Of a stretch of 64,000 nucleotides of DNA, positions 1-12,299 are shown piece after piece. Each line of letters begins with the position of its first letter. Position 1 is the stretch's first letter. The translations under genes and the position numbers were made by a program. The notes beneath the pieces are model-generated. The model was not told where the DNA came from and did not search any database. It saw only the letters and a list, made by a program, of their open reading frames with translations. Source of the DNA: Basidiobolus meristosporus CBS 931.73 (taxonomy: Eukaryota; Fungi; Basidiobolomycota); assembly GCA_002104905.1 (NCBI GenBank), contig MCFE01000006.1, positions 186,001 through 250,000 on the forward strand. The letters run 5' to 3'.

Positions 1-519
1 AAGCATCCAAGCTGAAGATCTTGATATAAAGGGTATATGATGTCCTATTTATACAATCATGGTACAATCATTAAAGCGTCTATACTGTGCAGGTCTCATA
101 CTACTGCTCAATGCTTGTTTGAGATTATCCTCTCTTTTAGAGCCTTGCAGAGCTCACATCATGTACCTTAGCTTGTTGTGATGTTGTCCAAAGCACTGCA
201 GAAGCCTATAGCCTCACTTATATCAAGCATTAGTAGTCACATATCATTCTGAAGATGCATCAAATCAAAGTCAATCCCCTTGGTAGACAATTCCATCTAT
301 CTGCAATCCTGTGCCTATATTGGCTGGCAGCTGATCACTCCATGTACCTTCCGGAGTTGTAACTCCAAGTTACTATCAGCAAGCTTGCAGAGCATGCAGG
401 GGGCTTTGAAAACACATGGAGCACCTTGGATGCTAAAGATACAAGGGCTCTTACAGCTATAGCTTGCTAAAAGACAAGCTAGAAGCTTAGACATATGCAT
501 TATTATGTTTTAGTATAAA

Positions 520-1710
520 AGGGAGGTAGAGTAATAGGGAGTTAGCTAATTTGGCATTCTCTAAAAATGGCCTGACTTTTTTAAATATCTAGCAGCTCCT
601 TAGAAAAACTCAGCCATACCAGGTGCTGACTAATTATAAATCTCAATGTAAGCTGCAGCCAATGACCCATTTAACTGCATTGTAAGTTAAAAGTAAATTC
701 TTGAGTTACTTTTGTAGCCATGTAGCCTTCTTAGCTGCTTGACAAGCAACTATGCATTCAGCTTCAGTTGTAGATAGCGACACAGCTGGTTGTTTCTTGT
801 AATGCCAAGTAATAGCTGCACCAGCATAAAGAAATAGATACCCAGTGATAAAGCATCTGTAAATCAGATCCCAGCCCCAATCTGAAACACTCTAACCAGG
901 AAATATTTGCCTATTAGCTGCTCCAGAGTATCTTAGTATCTTATTACTAGTACCTGGTAAATATCTGAAAATCTGCTTAACTGCTATAATTTGATTTGAT
1001 ATATAATTTTGCATGAGCTGACTGGCTATTCCTAGTGCAACTGCAATATCTGGATATGAAGACTCCATCAGGCACATCATGCTGCAAACTATTGATTGAT
1101 AGGGAACGCTCTGGTCTAGAATTGAGCCCTTTTTAAACTAAAACTGGCTGCAATTTGCTTGATTTTCAGGTTATTCTCCATAGGAGTAGCTGCAAGATTA
1201 CAATTTTCCAGTTTAAGCATCCTAGTATGACCCTGATGTAACTAGACTGGTTCAGCACAATCTCTTCATGGGCATGCTCAGGATGACTCCAGTTCCAAGG
1301 AAACTGATCTATTTTCCAACATTTGGCATTTCAAACTTGCTGATGAAGTCTGATTGTGTCTGTTTAAGTGCATGCCAGTTGCATGATGCTATTATCAAAT
1401 TGTCCACATTCTAAACTAGGATGATCACACCTGTTTTTAGCTGTTTCAAATATATATTGTGATCTGCAGTGCTACAGATGAGCCCAATCTCCTCTGGATG
1501 TGTTTTAATCTAGTTATACCACGCTTCAAGTGGCTGATTACCTGGTAACAATTTCCAAATCTGCAAACAATATGGGGCCTTTTAGATTAGTAAAACCTTC
1601 TGGTAGCTCCATAAATATAGTTTCTTGCAGATTTCCATTTAGTAAAACTGCTTTGACATCCTCTTGGTATAGAATTCAACTGTATACAGCTGCCAGGGCT
1701 AGAACTGTCC
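520..1710 (-). mobile_element. Degenerate Ty1/copia pol fragment (RT to RNase H)
   Basis: Minus-strand translation gives IRTVLALAA..LYQEDVKAVLLNGNLQETIFMELPEGF (RT), YPDIAVALGIASQ..AVKQIFRYLPGT and WHYKKQPAVSLSTTEAECIVACQAAKKATWL (RNase H), with many stops and frameshifts. Confidence 0.8.
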
Positions 1711-1723
1711 TAATGAAGAAAAG

Positions 1724-2340
1724 TTGACAATGGGAGCAGAAATTTCCACACACATAGTACAAGGGCTCTTTAACATGGGGGAGAGGCAAGAGGATGCTAT
1801 GCTAAAACTGAGTACTAGAAAGGTAACACCTTCAGAAGTATTTACAGTATTAATGCTGCTATATATATTTAGAACAACAGATACTCTGTCTGCTTCAAAG
1901 CTTACCAGAAAAGTATGAGCCACTCATGCTTTCTTTTGACAGCAGAGAAGACAATCAGACTTTAGTCTATTGCAGAGGAAGACTTCTGCATGAAGAGCTC
2001 AGATGTTATGCTCAAGCTGAGAAAATTGAAGATAATGCTTTAGTCAGCTCAGAGAGGGGCACACAAAAGAAGGGAAAACAGCAATACCAAAGAAAATTGG
2101 GTTGCTTCAACTATTATAAGAAGCCTGGACACCAGGCAAGAGAACACAAGAAGAAGCAAGCAGACAAAAACAGAAACCAGAGCAAGCAAAACATGTAAGA
2201 ACAAATGAGCAATTACTTGCAACCATGCAAGTTTATGTACATAACCAAAGTAATGCATGGTATATTGACTCTGCAGCAAAACAGTATATTTGAGGTATAA
2301 AGGAGTAGCTCAGCAACTTAAAGACTATTCCCATCACAAA
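1724..2340 (+). mobile_element. Degenerate copia gag/protease fragment
   Basis: ORF 1926-2198 has GRLLHEE and a decayed zinc knuckle CFNYYKKPGHQAREH, followed by NAWYIDSAAKQY, which resembles the copia protease WYIDSGASQH. Confidence 0.7.
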
Positions 2341-2379
2341 GGCTTAACTGGGAGACACCTCTGCACAGGAGGTTACCTC

Positions 2380-2600
2380 CAATAGGTCAATACAGTGCTA
2401 TTTTGATCTTGACTATAGTGGGAATACTCAGAGGATTGCAGATGTGAAAGAAAATAGCAACATTAGGGCTGTGTATTAGTATTGCAGTAACCAAGAGTAG
2501 TCCAGAATTGTTCAATCACTTTTCAGCTGCTGAATGATACAAACAGTTTAGTATTTTAGCAGATTCTGCACAATATTTGCTAAGATTTGTAGGTGTATCA
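2380..2600 (-). mobile_element. Short relic similar to the integrase-like relic at 8040-8230
   Basis: Shares tgatc(t/c)tgactatag...cagctgctgaatgata with 8060-8200. Confidence 0.35.
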
Positions 2601-2699
2601 GAGTGTATCTGGATTTTTTACTTATTCCCATCTCTAAAGCAGACTAATGTGAGAATCCTGTCAAAAGGCCTTCACTACACTAAACTACCATGACTATGT

Positions 2700-4300
2700 T
2701 ATTGATCCTGCCAGGAGACTATGCAAAGACCATTCAGAAAATTGCACCATATATTTCACATAAGACTTGATCAAAATATTACATGCAACAGTACATAAGT
2801 GGCTCAGGATTGATTTACTGCTAATTCTCTCACTTTCAGGTCCCAGACCCTGTGGTATCTCCTAAGCATGTGTACATTGACAGGCTATTGCCTATTTTTT
2901 ACACTCCTTAATTTCTGGCTCAACCAGTTCTCCTACTTACCACACCTATCAATTAATGTATTTCCATTTAGTCTTCAGTTCTAACTTAATCTCAAGCTGT
3001 AGTTGCCAATACAACTTCTATACCAAATACCAACATTGAGCCCCACCCTGCTCAACAAGTGGATCCATCAAAATCCACCAATCATTATGTTTATATGTTG
3101 TATGCTCTTCTTCCATGACTTCATCAGGAACCCTAAAGCTTTCTGCCACTGTTAACTCTCTGGTTCCCATATGTTCTGGTCTTCAGCTGGCACTGCAAGG
3201 TCTAGTATCTTATATGCCAGTCTTTGCAACAAATCCTTACAATACTCAAATGTCTCTCTTGAGCACTGCTCTCAAAGAAGTGCTACAACCTCTTGGAATA
3301 CCTATAAATGTACAAATATTTTACCATAAGCATTGTAACAGTTGCTTGCCATTTTAACATTGTTGCTTTGTCTGTAAGTGGGATCTCCACTCTGTCTACA
3401 ATAGAGGGTATGGAGGAAGTGATAGAAATGTTGTCTTTCTCTGCATGCTCATTTACCTCAATGGAGTGTAGCTGAACTGAATGAGCTTCAAACTTCTCTT
3501 ATAGCAGCTGCCTTGCTGCTGTTAATTTTTATTGGCTGTAATGGGATTCAGCTTGCTCTAGGCTGATGGAGCTAACTGGTGAGAACTGTAGCTTTTTTCC
3601 CACACTTCTCTGTTGCTGGCCTGTGTAGGGGTTTGACTCTTTGCCTTGACCTACTTCATTACCAAGTCTTTCATCTCTACTCTGACTTAGTGCTTCATTT
3701 ATTGAACTACATTTTTCCATATTGAATACAGCACTGGTGCATCCAATATTGCCTGCTTTTCCCTTAATGATTCTCTTCCAGCATTCCAACACTTGTTGAT
3801 TGCTTGTTTGAGTTGTTGGGCCCTGTTTGTAACAGATGCCTAAGAAGGCATTAGGCTTTCATCACTGGCAAGTCCTTTACTGCTACTGCTACTGAGTGCT
3901 TCTTGTATTAACTACATTTTCCCCTGGATTAAAGCTGCACTAACACATTTACTTCTGCCTGCCTGTCCCTTATCAGCACCCTATTGTTCAGCTGATATTT
4001 CTTTGCTGCTTGTTTGAGCTTTCAGCCTTGCTTCCAACAAGCACCAGGGAAGCTGTTAGTTCTCAACCATGACATCCTTGTTCCTCTGCCTTTTGTAGTC
4101 TCTGCTATTCTTGATATACTTTCTTAGCATGCCAATGTTGATCCAAAATCTTTTTGCTAGCTTAGTCCGGGTGTATACTAATAGAAGAGCTCAAGCATAT
4201 TTTGCTTGGTCTTGAGTTCCTGATGGTCTTAGGCTAAACTGCCTTCAAGGTCATAGTGTACTAGAGTTCTTACAGCCTGTTGAATATAACCAATATATTA
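2700..4300 (-). pseudogene. Relic of CACTA-associated second ORF ('ORF Y') and its 3' flank
   Basis: ORF 3529-3792 (CSSINEALSQS..ISLEQAESHYSQ) and 4100-4280 match the copies at 10.1-10.9 kb, 13.8-14.6 kb and 56.6-57.6 kb. 2700-2850 matches the 3' flank seen at 15230-15350. Confidence 0.7.
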
Positions 4301-5370
4301 TGCCAACCTATCCCATCCATCACAGACTAAAAGGTAATAATCTTGATGCAAGTGGATACGGTGGTTTATGCAACTAGACCTGTCTTCCTGTCTACCCACA
4401 CATCTGCCACAGCAGAAACTCTAATAAGGTGAGCAAGGCCCAGTACTTTCCACATACAAGCAAGATGGAGTAGAGAATGTATACCATAATGGCAGAGATT
4501 TATGTGTTCAGCTTTATTCATGTAGTATTTATGCTCAAATTCCATCACAAACTAATGGCATAAAAGCTGTAGATCCATCAGGTTGGCAATGGTCATCTGC
4601 TCTAGTTAGTATTTCTAAATGTCAATATAGGACTCCCAGTGCTGCCAATATAATTTGGTTAGATATGGCCCTTAATGGCCACTTGAATACATATATATCC
4701 AGTTCATCCAGACCTTGCATTGGTATTGTTGCATATGAGTATGAATGCGGATTGAAGCCTTTACAAAGTACTTTGGGTAGCAGATACTCTGTTACATCTA
4801 GCTAAATCTTTCAGATTTCTCCGGTAGGTTCAAGTGTATATATAGCTTCAAGTTCCACATGTACAACTTGGTCATTACTGTAGGGACATTGCTAACAACT
4901 AATGCATTGCTCCTGGTGGAAAGCTTTTGCTCCAACATACATCCTCTATCATAAATATTTGCAGTTTCCAATTAATTCCACTTCCAGCCAATAGCCTATA
5001 AGTTGCCAAGTTTGCTGCAATTACATGCTGACTTCTGTATATTGTCTGAAAGAAGATGTTGTTCTTAGTGTTGTTGTTTGGTTAGTAATAATGTATATGA
5101 GTGACGGAGTATATACCCTGATCTCACACATTTGTCAGCAATACCATACAATGTGCCTAGAGAAACTTGCTGTATTGCTGATGGCTGGGGTATCTCCAAT
5201 GCAGATGATAATATGTGCTTAGATATGAGTCCTCTTTAGTGGTATCTTGCTGGAAAGTATACAAAACTCATCCAGCTATGGATACAGCAAGCTGTCCCAG
5301 CTCAATGGAGGCTTAGATACTGATACAAGTGAGACTACCATCAGATTTCTGCTCTGATACCAAATAAGCT
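4300..5370 (-). pseudogene. CACTA/EnSpm (Transposase_21-like) transposase relic
   Basis: YQSRNLMVVSLVS, IICIGDTPAIS and HYGIHSLLHLA motifs; homologous to 61200-62060. Confidence 0.75.
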
Positions 5371-5371
5371 C

Positions 5372-6890
5372 TATAAAAATAATTTGGCTCCACAGGAAGA
5401 TGCAGTCCAGATGAGCTATCAGGATCCCATTTGGAAACTGGCATAATACCAGCAGCTTAGAATTAGTGACCCTCTTGACAATTTTGTGACAGGATTACAA
5501 CAGTATTATGCTAATTTTACTGCCAAACAAGGTTATAAGCTTGACAGAGTTTGATTGGTGCTGTGACAATAGTTGCATGGCATTCTTGTGGTCTTAATGC
5601 ACTCTTCAGCTATTCAAATGGATCCAACTGGCTAGTACACCCAATCGCCTTATATGGCAAAGTATTTGATGGTATTTTGACAGACTTAATACATGTCTCT
5701 GATGGCTTTATCATAGCAGTATGGTGGCCTACAGCTAGTTTTGAACAAAGCTACTGTACCAATTTACCAAATGATATTTCCTTTCTCTACCTCCACTTGT
5801 GCAATTTATGTGCTCCATTGTAGAATCACCTCTCTTTATTTGCTTACCCATTACTAACTTGGGTATTCCACAAATAGCTTGAATCAAAAAATACTATGGC
5901 TTCCTGCTTGCTAACCTCTACAATTGTGCACACCTTCTAAAACTGAAAAAACCTCTATCACCTCAACTTTACAGCTTTTTGGGGTGATGATTGTATATAC
6001 TTTGTATTGCTGGTAACATAGATATCTTGCAAATATATGCTTGGTTGCTGCCACTTCCGCTATGAATGCCTCCTGCATATCCACAAAGAACTTTTTGGTA
6101 TTTAGCCAATATGTTTCTTCTCCCTGCTGGATTCTAGTCCCCCTTATAGGTGTGCTCTGGCTTTTGTTTGAGTGAGTTCCTTATTGAATGGTGTAGAGGT
6201 TGGCTTATGACCAAGAGAAATGCGGCATACCTTGGTAGAGTTTTCCTAATACAGATTAGTTGCTTGTTGCATTCAACCCAACCTTGCATTACTAGACTGA
6301 TTACCCACACATTGGGGCTGCTTAGCTTATTAATGCCATAGGCTGTGTAGCTTCTTAATGCCATAGGCATAGGTGCCTCCATGTGCACATCTGTCCTTGG
6401 TATTTTCCAACTCTTCCTGGCTATCCTCCATGTGCCAACTCCTCACATCCATAATGTACTTGAAGGTAATATTCTTGATGAGATTGCAATAAGGTTGTAC
6501 CAACAACTTGACTTGTTTTACTACATCCCCACACATCTGCTCCATAGGAAACTCCAAAAGGTGAAGTAAGGCCCAAAATTCTCCCCACATGGAACAAGAT
6601 GAAGTAGATAATGGATACAATAGAATCAGAGATCTATGTGTTTAGCTTTGTGTTTGCAGTGTAGCCACTCAAATCCTGTTACAAACTCCTTGCACAACAG
6701 CTGTAGATGGGTCAAGTTGGCATTGGTGATATCACTTCTGGATAAAGATTCCTGGAATGACCACATATGACTCCCAACACCTCCAATGTACTCCTGGTAG
6801 GAATGACTTGAGAATGCCACTTGAATTAATGAATATCCAGTTCATCCAGTTATTGCATTGGCATTATGGCATAAGCATATGAATATGAAT
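5372..6890 (-). mobile_element. CACTA-like element end plus transposase C-terminal relic, nested in another copy
   Basis: ORFs 6626-6820 and 6330-6620 (LEFPMEQMCGDVVKQVK) match 61850-62250. The terminal motif ctctataaaaataatttgg at about 5372 matches the TIRs at 56019 and 63164. Confidence 0.72.
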
Positions 6891-7399
6891 AAAAGGATCA
6901 GAATGATATACAATACTGGTATATTTGACCAAAGATCAGTGATGCCAGATTTGCCAACTCAGGGGTGATACATATGTTATATCAGTGGTATTATTTCCAG
7001 TACCAATGATCCTGAGGTTCTGCAAGACACTTATTAGACAAGCTACTTGTCTACATTAAGTATCAGAAACAGTGAGAGGAGATATATCCATATATGTCTA
7101 AAATGGAATTTCTACCACCATCAAGAAAAGTGCTGCCAGTGACCTTGACCAAGGTAACTGCATAAAAAGTCTTTATATACACTACAGAATATATATGAAG
7201 TACTACCAAGGAGTGTACTAGTGGCCCTACACTAGTACATATATCACATACATATAGTGATGAAAGATCAAATATATTAACATGCATCAGATGTTAAGCT
7301 TGCTTATATTATCAGATCAAGTTAGCTGCAGCTCCCAGCTACAGGTCAAACTGCAATGATGATATCTGCTACCAAGATGCTGAGAGAAATGCCTTTTTG

Positions 7400-8450
7400 G
7401 GAGAGCTTATTTCATCAAATTTGATCAGGCTTGTAAAAAGTTATGACAGATTCAATTAATGACCAATCTAAATGAAACATCCCAGAATAGATGTGTTCTG
7501 AACACAGGAGGTTCCTGAGCACTCTAGGAGATCTGACAAACTGTGGATAGACTACCTACAAGCTCTGGATCTAGATTAATAAGGAAAATCTAGCAACCAG
7601 CCTCTTCAAAGCCAGATATGGAACAAAAACCTACCGCCAATAGGTTCTGCTTCTAAATGGAGCTTGGTGATACTTAGGTCAGATTTGATACAGCAATCCT
7701 GTCACACAAGGATAATGCAGTACTGATGCCTGGGAAAGCAGCTAAAAAGTCCATGAGAAACTGCACACTCAGAGGCAACATCAGTGTTTCAGCAAACAAT
7801 GAAGTCAACTTCCTTGCAGTTGGAGCCAGAAAAGTGGTACCAAGGGACTGTTGCAATTTAAGAAGTGATTTGGATATATGGAACTTACCAAGAAATAGTG
7901 ATAATAGTTGAACTGTTGTTTATTCATAAAGAAGCTCAGTATTTATACCTTTGTAGAAGTAATACAGCTGCAACACTAAGTAGGGAGGGTTTCACAATAT
8001 TCAGGAGCATTCTATAACAGTTTCAGGGTTAGTACATAATGTTTGGTAATAGTGCTAATTTGATCCTGACTATAGGGGAATAATCATAAGATCATATATC
8101 TGGAGAAAGTGGCAAAGTTAAGGCAGTAAATGAGTCCTACAGTGACTAAGACTAGCCTAGAATTGTTGAGTAAATTTTTAGCTGCTGAATGATACCAAAT
8201 AGTCCAATATTTCAACAGGGACAACCCAAGGGTTATAATGGGTGCAGATGATCATGGGCTTGTCTATTTACACAATCAATCAATCTCCATGCTAGAATCT
8301 TCTGTAAAAAGTAACAGTGACTTTGCAGTGCTGTTAGGTATATTTTCCCAATTGGAAAGAGCCAGATAAGGTTGTACTGTTTAAATGCAATAGTATATAT
8401 GAGATCAGATCTACCCTGTTTAAGATAAAGCCTCTATGAATAGCTACCAA
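7400..8450 (-). mobile_element. Highly degenerate Ty3/gypsy-like integrase relic
   Basis: LGCPVEIL..LVSFSS..FTQQF resembles the rve core (xGxPxEIxTDxGxxFxS), and HIYSGMFHLDW resembles IHPVFHVSLL. Many stops. Confidence 0.45.
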
Positions 8451-9589
8451 TTGGGCTGTGGTATTCTATGCTACCAATTCAAGCCTATCATAATGCAAAG
8501 GGAAGATCTTGATACTGTAGCAGAGATATCATTCAATGAAGGTTATGCCTAGATCAGAAGGATATGTATGATCTATCTAAGTCAATTTTAGAAGGCAGGA
8601 AGCACCAGAAGATGTAGCTTCAGTGGGAGCTCAATATCCTCAACCAGGAATGAAGTAAACCTTGGCAAGAAACCATACAAAGCACTAGCCCAGAAGAGGA
8701 AATACTTGGTCAACCGGCAAAAAATAAAGGCAACTACAATGCTGACCAATTGTTGGTCTCAGCAGATCATATATGGTGTATCAAAGGAAGGTTAGTATCC
8801 AGTTCCAGTAATGGATATATGTAGGATGGTGTAAGTGAATTAGACTACATACCAGAACTGTGGATGATCCAGATCTACTGGTGAGAAGACCATATCTTAA
8901 CTTTGCCAATTAATGACCAACTGTACTCCAATAAGGAACAGCAGAAAGCCTGAGAGCACAGCCATCTGATGATAGATACTATGTTGGGATTCAATTAGTA
9001 TGTGAAGAGTATTACTCCAATCAAGTGGATGATGCTCTTCCAGAGATATTTTGTGATGAGATCAGTATTATACTCAATGTAATTTGATCTGAAGTATATA
9101 GATATTAGTATAGGCTTATGCTGGATTATTATTGATAATATGCAATCCCTAACATATGTTGGAGAATATATTAGTCCAATAGGTTAGATGGTAATCTGCA
9201 GGTTTAATTTTAACCAGAAGATACACAACACCACAGCAAGTTCCTAAGCATTTGAGTATATTATGTGAGTGGGAGTGTTGAAATAATTAGGAGCCAACCT
9301 AGCTATTGATATATTATGAACTAGCACTTAGTTAAAAGACATTTCTCAGAATATTAACTTGGAAATTAGTTTGTAAGCTATTTGCACATGTACTCCTGAG
9401 ACTCTCCCAATAGTGAACAAATGGTTACATTTTCCTATTTCTGCAACAAGAATAAATACTCTGTTGCAACTCATTAACTCAACAAGTGGATATAATGCAA
9501 ATTTTCTAATTCTCCATTTCACTTCAAATGTATCTCTCTAATCTTTTGACACCTTCAACAGTGTAACACTACTCTATCACTTTTTGGTC

Positions 9590-11300
9590 AATATTCATGG
9601 GAATTTAAGACAGGCTTGTATTTGAGACATTGCACCTACATGAATGTAAGATTAAGTGATGACCCACCATAATAAGCATTATAAATAAAGTTGTGGCATC
9701 ACATAAACATCTATATGCAACACTACTTCCCCTTTAGTTTGACTTATTTCCATAAATATGCCGCCAAAAATTAAATCAAAGTTGTCTATATTACCAAGTA
9801 TGTTTTCAGCTCATACCAGAGCATTCATGAAGTAATTAGGTGCAGTGGCTGATAGGATAGATGCAATGGCCCAGCAAAATCAGGATATAGTCCAGAAACA
9901 GTATGAGCAGGTAATACATTTAGAGCAATTAATTTCCCAGGTACAGAAAGCAGAATCCTGGCTGCAAAGAAGGAACTCAAGTAGCTCAATGTCAGCCAAG
10001 AACTCAGTCATAGCCCAATATGACAGCAGAGGAACACTGTACAGTCTTTGATGCACAACAACATGAGGCCACCAGAAGTCTTGCCCACCATTACCTTAAG
10101 GCCAGCATACCATGAGATCATCAGGAACTCAAGGCCAAGCAGAATGTGCTTGACTTGTTCCATGAGCATTATCCTGGACTTGAACAGGCAAAAAGATTTT
10201 GGGCCAGCATTGATATGCTAAGAAACTATCTTAAGAATAGCAGAAACTATCAAAGGCAGAAGAACAAGGGTGCCATGGCTAAAAACCAGTGGCTTCCTCA
10301 AGCGCTTGTTATAAGCAGGGCCAAAAGCTCCAAACAAGTGTCAAAGAGATGTGAGTTTGCTGGAGAGTGCCAATCAGGGACAAGTAGGCAGACACAGATG
10401 CACCAGCCCATCATTTATTGAGGAAAAGTGTAGTACCACTCAAGAAGCACTCAGGCAAACTAGCAGTGAAGGACCTGGTAGTGATAAAAGCCAGCAGCTT
10501 TCACAGGAGCCCATTGCAGCTATGGTTGAGAGCTTGGAACTGGTCAGAAAGAAAAGCCAGGTTGCCAGAACAGTGCCAGCAAGGGACAGGCAGGCCAAAA
10601 CTGATGCATCAGAGCAGATTTTAGTCAGGAGAGACCATAGTTCATTACAAGCACTGAGACAAACTAGCAGTAAAGACCTGGCAGTGATAGCGCAGAAGGT
10701 AAAGAGAAAAGTGTCTACTTGGCCTGAGACACAGAGGCATGCAAAGAAAACTGCAGTTCTTGCCAATTAATGCCGCAAACCCAAAACAGACTGAATCCCA
10801 TCATAGCCATGAAGAATTAACAACAAGAAAAAAGCTGTTTGCATAAGAGTTAGAAGCACAGCCATTTAAGCTACACTGTAGCACGGCAGATGGTCTGCTG
10901 AAAAAGGCAATTCATCTAATACAGCCTCCACATCCTCCATTGTTGTCAGGGTAGAGATCCCACCAACAAACAAGACTTCAATGTTGTGAACTTGAAAGAC
11001 TATCACAATGCCTTCAGTGGAGTTTTGGAACATTAATAGGCAGACCAAGAGGTTGCAGCACTCCTTTAAGAGCAGTGCTCAACAAAATGCACTTGAATAT
11101 TGCAAGGATTTACTGCAAAGACTGGCAGATGAGGTACTAGACCTTGCAGTGCTGGCTGAAGACCAGGATGTGTGGGAACCAGTGAATGAACAGTGGCATA
11201 AAGCTGTTGGGATTCTGTTGTGTTGTATTATGATTAGTTTAGGGCTTGTTCTACAATGTAGAGTCTAATCAAAAGTATACAATAACTTCCAGTATGATAA
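9590..11300 (+). pseudogene. CACTA-associated ORF Y relic
   Basis: Starts ATG CCG CCA AAA at 9758. ORFs 9845-10051, 10146-10421, 10351-10770 and 11008-11268 align to 56226-58294, and the upstream region is the reverse complement of 58300-58450. Confidence 0.75.
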
Positions 11301-12299
11301 TACTGAAATAGTTTATTGGGAGTTTGATATACCAATAGAGGATACAACTTTCACTAATATCCAGGATCTTGGGCACAAATATACAATAGGCAGTGTTTTT
11401 CACTTCTACAGCAGTATTGCAACCTTCTGTCAACTTTTGGGCTTATTTACTTTGATAGTCACTTTTCCTTACTAGGAAGTTACTTTCCTTTCTGAGAGAA
11501 TATATCCTGATATGTAAATTTTGAACTCCCCTTTAACCTAAAGGGGTGTGCTGTAGAAGTATCTAAAGGGGTTTCTTAGAGGGGACTTTTCCAACAGAAA
11601 AGTGGTAGTTTTCTTGTAGAACTTAGATTGGATTCTTGTGAGCCTTGCTATCACTTTACTAATATAGTACCAATCATGGTCAGAATACTCAACAGTACAT
11701 GTGATGCAGGGGAAGTCTTATAACCTTTAAACTTGTAATTGTAGTGTTAAGATTCTGTAATGAGAGGCTCTCCCTTTATTTTTCAGCTGAGGAAGTCATA
11801 TATATATAAAAGTTTTGAGGGATCAAAGCTTTTGGGCAATTGCGCAAGCATTACATGTGATACAAAGCTAAAATTTTGCAGTGGCGCAGATTGGACATAG
11901 GTGCAGTACCTGTGAGAATTGCACATGATATGATTGGCTGGTTCAAAAGCTACACATGATCAAAGTCACCATAATAGTCCTAGCAATAAATGCCTAGTAT
12001 ACATAATAATTGGACTTGTTTGGTCATAACTCCTTAAGTACTGCTTCAAATGAGCTGTAACTTGAAATATGTGTTGGCTACTATGTGTTTTGTATGACAT
12101 AATATTCTTGGGCAGATTGCTTGTCAGGGTCTGGAGCATTTGTCCTTCAGAGTTGTATATTCTTGATCTTTCACCTGTGTATTACAATAGCAAAAAGCAA
12201 AATAAAGAAATAAGTGCAATATTGGTTTTGAGATATTGTAGTATTGAAACACTTTCCATTACTGCAGTTCTGCTAAAGTCATAGAAACACAGCATTACA

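Noticed and set aside
8500-9450. Possible gypsy RT or other TE coding relic
   Set aside because: Only a weak FQR-like word was found and no frame could be supported; left unclassified.
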